This document shows positions 59,337 to 64,000 of a stretch of 64,000 nucleotides of DNA, piece by piece. Within the stretch, counting starts at the first letter, position 1. Each line of letters starts with the position of its first letter. Where the stretch lies: the NCBI GenBank assembly GCA_023269855.1, contig JAGDWP010000050.1, positions 8,503 to 72,502 of the forward strand, read 5' to 3'. The notes under the pieces were generated by a model that worked only from the letters and a program-made list of their open reading frames with translations, had not been told where the DNA came from and made no database searches. Position numbers and translations under genes: made by a program. The DNA is from Nitrososphaerales archaeon (GTDB taxonomy: Archaea > Thermoproteota > Nitrososphaeria_A > Caldarchaeales > Wolframiiraptoraceae).

Positions 59337-60572
59337 CTATCAGAGAAAATATATCTAAAATGTAGAGATTGTGGGAAATCTTATCCTCCTCTTCTCCAAT
59401 ACATATGCCCAAGCTGTTTTGGTGCATTAGATGTTGAATACACAGGTTTAGAAGACCTTAGGATAAATCCCCAAGAGTTATCAACTAGGAGAAAAGATAT
59501 CTGGAGATACATAGAGCTGCTACCTATACTAGATTCTAATAACATCATATCGCTGGGAGCAGGATATACTGGGTTGATTCCTTCCACTAGATTGTCTAAG
59601 AAGCTAGGCTTAAGAAAACTATACTTAAAAGAAGATTTTACAAATCCAACTCATTCATTTAAAGATAGAGCTGCAAGCGTAGCTGTCTCTAAAGCTTTGG
59701 AATTCAGATTAAATGCTGTTGGATGCGCTTCAACAGGAAATCTTGCAGCTGCTGTCTCAGCCCGTGCTTCTAGAGCAGGTTTACCCTGCTACATCTTCGT
59801 TCCTAAAGGTGTAGAAAAAGAGAAACTATCACATGCGTTATCCTATGGTGCTAGACTCATTATAGTAGATGGAACATATGATGAAGCAAACTGGATGGCG
59901 GCACGATTCGCAGAAGAATACAACGTAGGCATAGTAAACGTGAACATTAGACCATACTATGTTGAAGGATCTAAAACGCTTGCATACGAAATATGTGAAC
60001 AACTTGGTTGGAGAACACCTGACCACATAATTATCCCAATGGCTAGCGGTGCCTTATTAAACGCTATAGATAAAGGGCTGAGAGAATTAAAGACCATAGG
60101 CTTAATCGAGGGTGAAGTAAGAGTTTCTGGAGTCCAACCTGAAGGTTGCTGTCCAATAGTATCAGCATATAAAGAGAATACTGAGTATATTAAGCCAGTC
60201 CGTGAAATAAATACAATAGCAGTGAGTCTCGCGATAGGCAACCCAGGAGACGGTGTATACGCTTTAAGGACTATAAGGAGAACTAAAGGTGTCGCAGTAG
60301 CAGTCAGTGATAGAGAGATTCTTGAAGCTGTAAAAGAGCTAGCACAATTGGAAGGATTATTCGTAGAGCCTGGAGCTGCAGTGACAGTTGCAGGTCTTAA
60401 GAAGATGATTGAAGAAGGATCTGTAGATAGAGATGAAGAGGTTGTCTGTCTTCTCACGGGTTCTGGTGTAAAGACGCCATCTATCATCCAAGAATATACT
60501 ATCAACCCTATCACAGTTAAACCTTCCACTATTGAATTATCTAAAATATTGGAGGTGAGAAAGACTGGCTAG
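59337..60572 (+). CDS. Threonine synthase-like PLP enzyme of the MoaD-linked subfamily, non-canonical start
   Basis: Frame is open from 59319 and contains LKCRDCG..CPSCFG, IWRY.ELLP, LGAG.T; also NPTHSFKDR, ASTGN, VNIRPYY.EGSKT; SD GGAGGT-N8-CTA at 59337. Confidence 0.88.
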   Translation, partial: LSEKIYLKCRDCGKSYPPLLQYICPSCFGALDVEYTGLEDLRINPQELSTRRKDIWRYIELLPILDSNNIISLGAGYTGLIPSTRLSKKLGLRKLYLKEDFTNPTHSFKDRAASVAVSKALEFRLNAVGCASTGNLAAAVSARASRAGLPCYIFVPKGVEKEKLSHALSYGARLIIVDGTYDEANWMAARFAEEYNVGIVNVNIRPYYVEGSKTLAYEICEQLGWRTPDHIIIPMASGALLNAIDKGLRELKTIGLIEGEVRVSGVQPEGCCPIVSAYKENTEYIKPVREINTIAVSLAIGNPGDGVYALRTIRRTKGVAVAVSDREILEAVKELAQLEGLFVEPGAAVTVAGLKKMIEEGSVDRDEEVVCLLTGSGVKTPSIIQEYTINPITVKPSTIELSKILEVRKTG

Positions 60573-60861
60573 GATTAAGCTCATTCTTCCATCGGTTCTA
60601 GCTGAGGGTGGTGATAGAAATAGAGTGCTTGAAGCTTCTACGCTTAGAGACGTTATCGAGTATTTATGTAAGATAAAACCTGAATTGAGAGATCGGATAA
60701 TCTCTCCGAACGGCGAACTAAATAGATTCTTTAATTTCTATGTGAATGGTGTTAATGCGTATTTTATAAACGGAGCTGATACCTTGTTGAAGGATGGAGA
60801 CGAGGTTTCAGTCATACCTGCTCTAGGGGGAGGACAAAGTGGAAACAAGAAACATTACTGA
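60565..60861 (+). CDS. MoaD/CysO-like sulfur carrier with CTG start and C-terminal extension after GG
   Basis: SD GGAGGTGA then CTG GCT AGG ATT (MARIKLILPSVLAE, beta1 strand); YVNG; LKDGDEVSVIPALGGG-QSGNKKHY. Confidence 0.88.
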   Translation: MARIKLILPSVLAEGGDRNRVLEASTLRDVIEYLCKIKPELRDRIISPNGELNRFFNFYVNGVNAYFINGADTLLKDGDEVSVIPALGGGQSGNKKHY

Positions 60862-61900
60862 TGAAGAATTCGAGCTATATTCTAGGCAGATAGTCCTCAA
60901 TGTCATCGGTTTTGAGGGACAGGAAAAATTAAAGAATTCAAGAGTTGCAATCGTAGGGCTGGGAGGCTTAGGGTCTCCTATTGCTATGACTTTAACAGCT
61001 ATGGGTGTAGGATATATTAGGATCATCGATAGAGATGTAGTCGAGAAATCTAACCTGCATAGACAACACTTATACACATTTAAAGATATAGGAACACCGA
61101 AAGTTGAAGCAGCCTCAAAGAGATTGAAGGAGATGAACCCATACGTTGAGATCGACCCCTACCCTGTATACATTGATGATTCAACTGCTCTGGAAGTTGT
61201 TAGAGATGTAGACTTAGTACTAGATGGACTGGACAATTTTAAGGCTAGAAGAGCTATCAATAAAGCATGCTATAAGCTATCAATACCGTACATATATGCT
61301 TCAGCTATAGAGACATACGGTATGGTTACAACTTTAATCTCTAGAGAGGGGCCCTGCCTTGAATGTATTTTTCCAAATATTTCAGACCAGAACCTGCCCA
61401 CATGCTCTACAGTAGGTGTACATCCATCAATACTCCAAATAATTTCAAGTATTGAAGTCTACGAAGGCGTCAACATATTAATGGGGAGGAAGTCAAGACT
61501 TTCTGGAAAACTTTTAGTATATGATTTAGAAGATTTATCAACTACATTCTTAGACATAAAAAAATCTCCCAATTGCTCTGTATGTGGAGGGAGAGAAGTA
61601 GTCAAGGAGACAGTCACATATCCACAAATCGAGGAAACATGCTCTAGAGAAGGCAGAATCACGTTTATCATTAATCCAGGAAGGATAGACCCAATTGAGA
61701 TCCAGAAATTAGCTAAGATTATTTCTGAGCATGGATACGTGATATCTAATATTAGTGAGCTAGGGTTAACATTTAGATTAGATGGTAACATTATCTTTAG
61801 CATATTGAAGACAGGGGTTGGGATAATAGAAGGTGCACACTCTAGAGAATATGCTCTCAAAGTTTATGAAGACATATTGAAAAAAGTTATAAACTTTTAG
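60839..61900 (+). CDS. moeB: ThiF/MoeB/UbaA-family E1-like adenylyltransferase
   Basis: YSRQ, GLGGLG, DRD.VE.SNLHRQ, DGLDN, CLEC, TCS..GV, CSVC; extra C-terminal domain beginning CSREG. Confidence 0.92.
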   Translation: METRNITDEEFELYSRQIVLNVIGFEGQEKLKNSRVAIVGLGGLGSPIAMTLTAMGVGYIRIIDRDVVEKSNLHRQHLYTFKDIGTPKVEAASKRLKEMNPYVEIDPYPVYIDDSTALEVVRDVDLVLDGLDNFKARRAINKACYKLSIPYIYASAIETYGMVTTLISREGPCLECIFPNISDQNLPTCSTVGVHPSILQIISSIEVYEGVNILMGRKSRLSGKLLVYDLEDLSTTFLDIKKSPNCSVCGGREVVKETVTYPQIEETCSREGRITFIINPGRIDPIEIQKLAKIISEHGYVISNISELGLTFRLDGNIIFSILKTGVGIIEGAHSREYALKVYEDILKKVINF

Positions 61901-61916
61901 AACTTTAACATACGTA

Positions 61917-63731
61917 ATGAGTGAAAAACTTTATTGTTACACAGGTAAAGTTCTCAGAGTTAATTTAACAAACAGAAGCTTTAAGATTGAACCGACTAGA
62001 AGAGACTTTGTTGAGAAGTATATTGGTGGAAGAGGTTTAGGCATCAGATACTTACTTGAGGAGATAGCTCCTAAGATTGATCCATTAAGTCCTGAGAATA
62101 AGCTGATTATTTCAACGGGTCCGCTTACTGGGACAGTTGCTCCCCTCTCAGGTAGGTACCCGATCGTGACTAAGTCTCCTTTAACAGGCACTGTCTGTGA
62201 TAGTTATAGTGGATCATATTTTGGTGTAAGGATGAAGTATGCTGGATACGATTTAATGATAGTTGAGGGTAGATCAAGCAAGCCTGTATACGTTGAGGTT
62301 TCCGAGAAGGGTGCAGAATTCCATCCTGCTGAGCATCTGTGGGGGTTAGGCACGCTAGAAACATCAAAAAAGATTAAGGAGGAGTTGAGAGATGAGAATG
62401 CAAGCGTGTTAGCTATAGGACCTGCTGGAGAGAACCTCGTAAGATTTGCATGCGTAGTTGATAGTGGTTTATGGGTTCATGGGAGAGGAGGGACTGGAGC
62501 AGTATTCGGCTCTAAGAATCTAAAAGCTTTAACGATAAGAAACATTAAGGGTGAAGTCAATCTATATGATCCTGATGGTTTTAGAAAGACTGTAGTAGAC
62601 TTGACTAGGAATAGAGTGAAGACTTCTGAGAATCTATGGGCTCAGACTGATGGCACACCATTAATAGTTGACTTATCTCATAATGCAGGAGTCCTCCCAA
62701 CCTACGGCTTCACCTCAGGAGCATATGAATACCATGACAGAATAAATACTGATAGAGTAAAAGAAGCTACAGCCAAGAAGTATGCATGCCCCTACTGTCC
62801 ACTAGCTTGTAAGAGGATACTTAGATTTGATTCTAGATTAATCAAGTCTCCAGAATATGAAACCTTAGGAATGATTGGCTCAAACACAGGTCTTAGAAGT
62901 CTTAGAGATGTTGCAGAAGCAGCTGAACTCGCTACAGACCTAGGCATGGATACCATATCGCTTGGGGCCACGATAGGGTTTACAGTTAAACTATACGAGA
63001 AGAAATTAATCACAGAAAAAGATTTTAATGGATTGAAACCTTCCTGGAGCAGTAATGAGTTCATAATCGAGATATGCAAGATGATAGCGTATAGGAGGGG
63101 GCTTGGAGACCTACTAGCTGAAGGCACTAGGAGAGCTGCTGAAAGACTTGGTGGAGAAGCTCTGAGAGAACGTATAGACGTGAAGGGCTCTGAGATACCT
63201 GCATACGATCCTAGAGGAACTTATGGTATGGCCTTAGCGTACGCGACAGCAGATAGAGGTGCATGCCATCTAAGAGCGTGGGCAGTAGCATTTGATGCAT
63301 TTGGAGAAATGGATCCATATAGCTTTGTTGGGAAAGCCCAGCTTGTCAAAGACTTACAAGACTTGAATAGTATTAAATGGTCTCTAATAATATGTGATTT
63401 CTGGCTCTCAAGCTATGAAGACTTGGCAAAACTACTAAAAGATGCGTTAGGGAGAGAATACAAAGTAGAAGAGTTAAGATTAATCGGGGAAGGAATCTGG
63501 AATATTTCTAGAATCTTCAATATTAGAGAAGGCTTCAAGAGAGAAGATGATACTCTTCCTCCAAAGATGTTTTACGAACCTCTAAGAGGCGGAAAGACTG
63601 ATGGAAAAACAGTCGACCTAAACCAGTTCAAAGAATCACTTACAGAATACTATAAGCTGAGAGGATGGGATGAAGAAACTGGGAAACCTAAAGAAGAAAC
63701 ATTGAAGAAGCTGGAAATAGAAATACACTAA
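61917..63731 (+). CDS. aor: Tungsten-dependent aldehyde:ferredoxin oxidoreductase family protein
   Basis: GGRGLG, KSPLTG, IGPAGENL, GSKNLK, CPYCPLAC, EYET, DLGMDTIS, RGACH. Confidence 0.93.
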   Translation: MSEKLYCYTGKVLRVNLTNRSFKIEPTRRDFVEKYIGGRGLGIRYLLEEIAPKIDPLSPENKLIISTGPLTGTVAPLSGRYPIVTKSPLTGTVCDSYSGSYFGVRMKYAGYDLMIVEGRSSKPVYVEVSEKGAEFHPAEHLWGLGTLETSKKIKEELRDENASVLAIGPAGENLVRFACVVDSGLWVHGRGGTGAVFGSKNLKALTIRNIKGEVNLYDPDGFRKTVVDLTRNRVKTSENLWAQTDGTPLIVDLSHNAGVLPTYGFTSGAYEYHDRINTDRVKEATAKKYACPYCPLACKRILRFDSRLIKSPEYETLGMIGSNTGLRSLRDVAEAAELATDLGMDTISLGATIGFTVKLYEKKLITEKDFNGLKPSWSSNEFIIEICKMIAYRRGLGDLLAEGTRRAAERLGGEALRERIDVKGSEIPAYDPRGTYGMALAYATADRGACHLRAWAVAFDAFGEMDPYSFVGKAQLVKDLQDLNSIKWSLIICDFWLSSYEDLAKLLKDALGREYKVEELRLIGEGIWNISRIFNIREGFKREDDTLPPKMFYEPLRGGKTDGKTVDLNQFKESLTEYYKLRGWDEETGKPKEETLKKLEIEIH

Positions 63732-63811
63732 ACCATTACTTTGTCTCTTTTATTACTGAGGAAAAACCAAGTAACTATTGACCATAGCTGTCTAAAATCC
63801 CTGAATGATTG

Positions 63812-64000
63812 TTAGATCTCCGTTTCTGTCAAATCCATTTTTGCAACATTAATGCTCCCACTTGGAGCTGGTGAAATATAGATCCTCTCAGGGAATCTTA
63901 TAGCTAAGCTATTGAACACATCGTGAATCATTGATATATTTGCATAAGTTTTCTTTTCAAGTAGAAGTATTGATGTAACTTTTTCTAAGTAGTCAAGCCT
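63812..64000 (-). CDS. 3' end of a hypothetical protein entering from the window edge
   Basis: Open frame RLDYLEKV...SPAPSGSINVAKMDLTETEI* of 62 codons. Confidence 0.5.
   Translation of the reverse strand, partial: RLDYLEKVTSILLLEKKTYANISMIHDVFNSLAIRFPERIYISPAPSGSINVAKMDLTETEI

Noticed and set aside
3381-63127. Numerous antisense or nested ORFs in the track (e.g. 18107-18724, 27738-28316, 46069-46710, 47837-48406, 59957-60529)
   Set aside because: They lie opposite or inside well-supported genes, are Ser/Ile/Phe-rich shadows of the coding strand, and show no motifs.
1-64000. CRISPR array, tRNA or rRNA genes
   Set aside because: No regularly spaced repeats and no extended GC-rich cloverleaf or rRNA-like stretches were seen by eye.

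Overview
AT-rich archaeal chromosomal segment. Archaeal-type TpiA, ProS, FBP aldolase/phosphatase, aIF5B, S6e/S24e/S27ae, Kae1, a group II chaperonin and two tungsten AOR-family genes suggest a thermophilic TACK archaeon, possibly Caldarchaeales ('Aigarchaeota'); this is an inference. Most of the window is housekeeping and central metabolism: glmS, nurA-herA, glycine cleavage, mre11-rad50, a sugar/aldehyde catabolism cluster, stomatin-NfeD and translation genes. There are two decayed IS elements with perfect TIRs. The IS6-like copy sits next to a small membrane ORF, a free-standing LAGLIDADG gene and an sfsA remnant; the IS982-like copy sits next to an orphan methyltransferase. Features absent from the ORF track include a 58-aa histone-fold gene, a 48-aa YHS protein and two box C/D sRNAs. 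The most interesting part is a ~14-kb sulfur-trafficking island (49.6-63.7 kb): sulfite reductase, TusA, divergent cysteine synthase, ThrC-like enzyme, a ubiquitin-like sulfur carrier with a masked GG, E1 and AOR, plus two desulfurases, IscU and a transsulfuration enzyme. It looks like an archaeal protein-thiocarboxylate route to Cys/Hcy, and three of its genes appear to start at CTG/CTA codons. All calls come from motif recognition by eye; no database searches were run.
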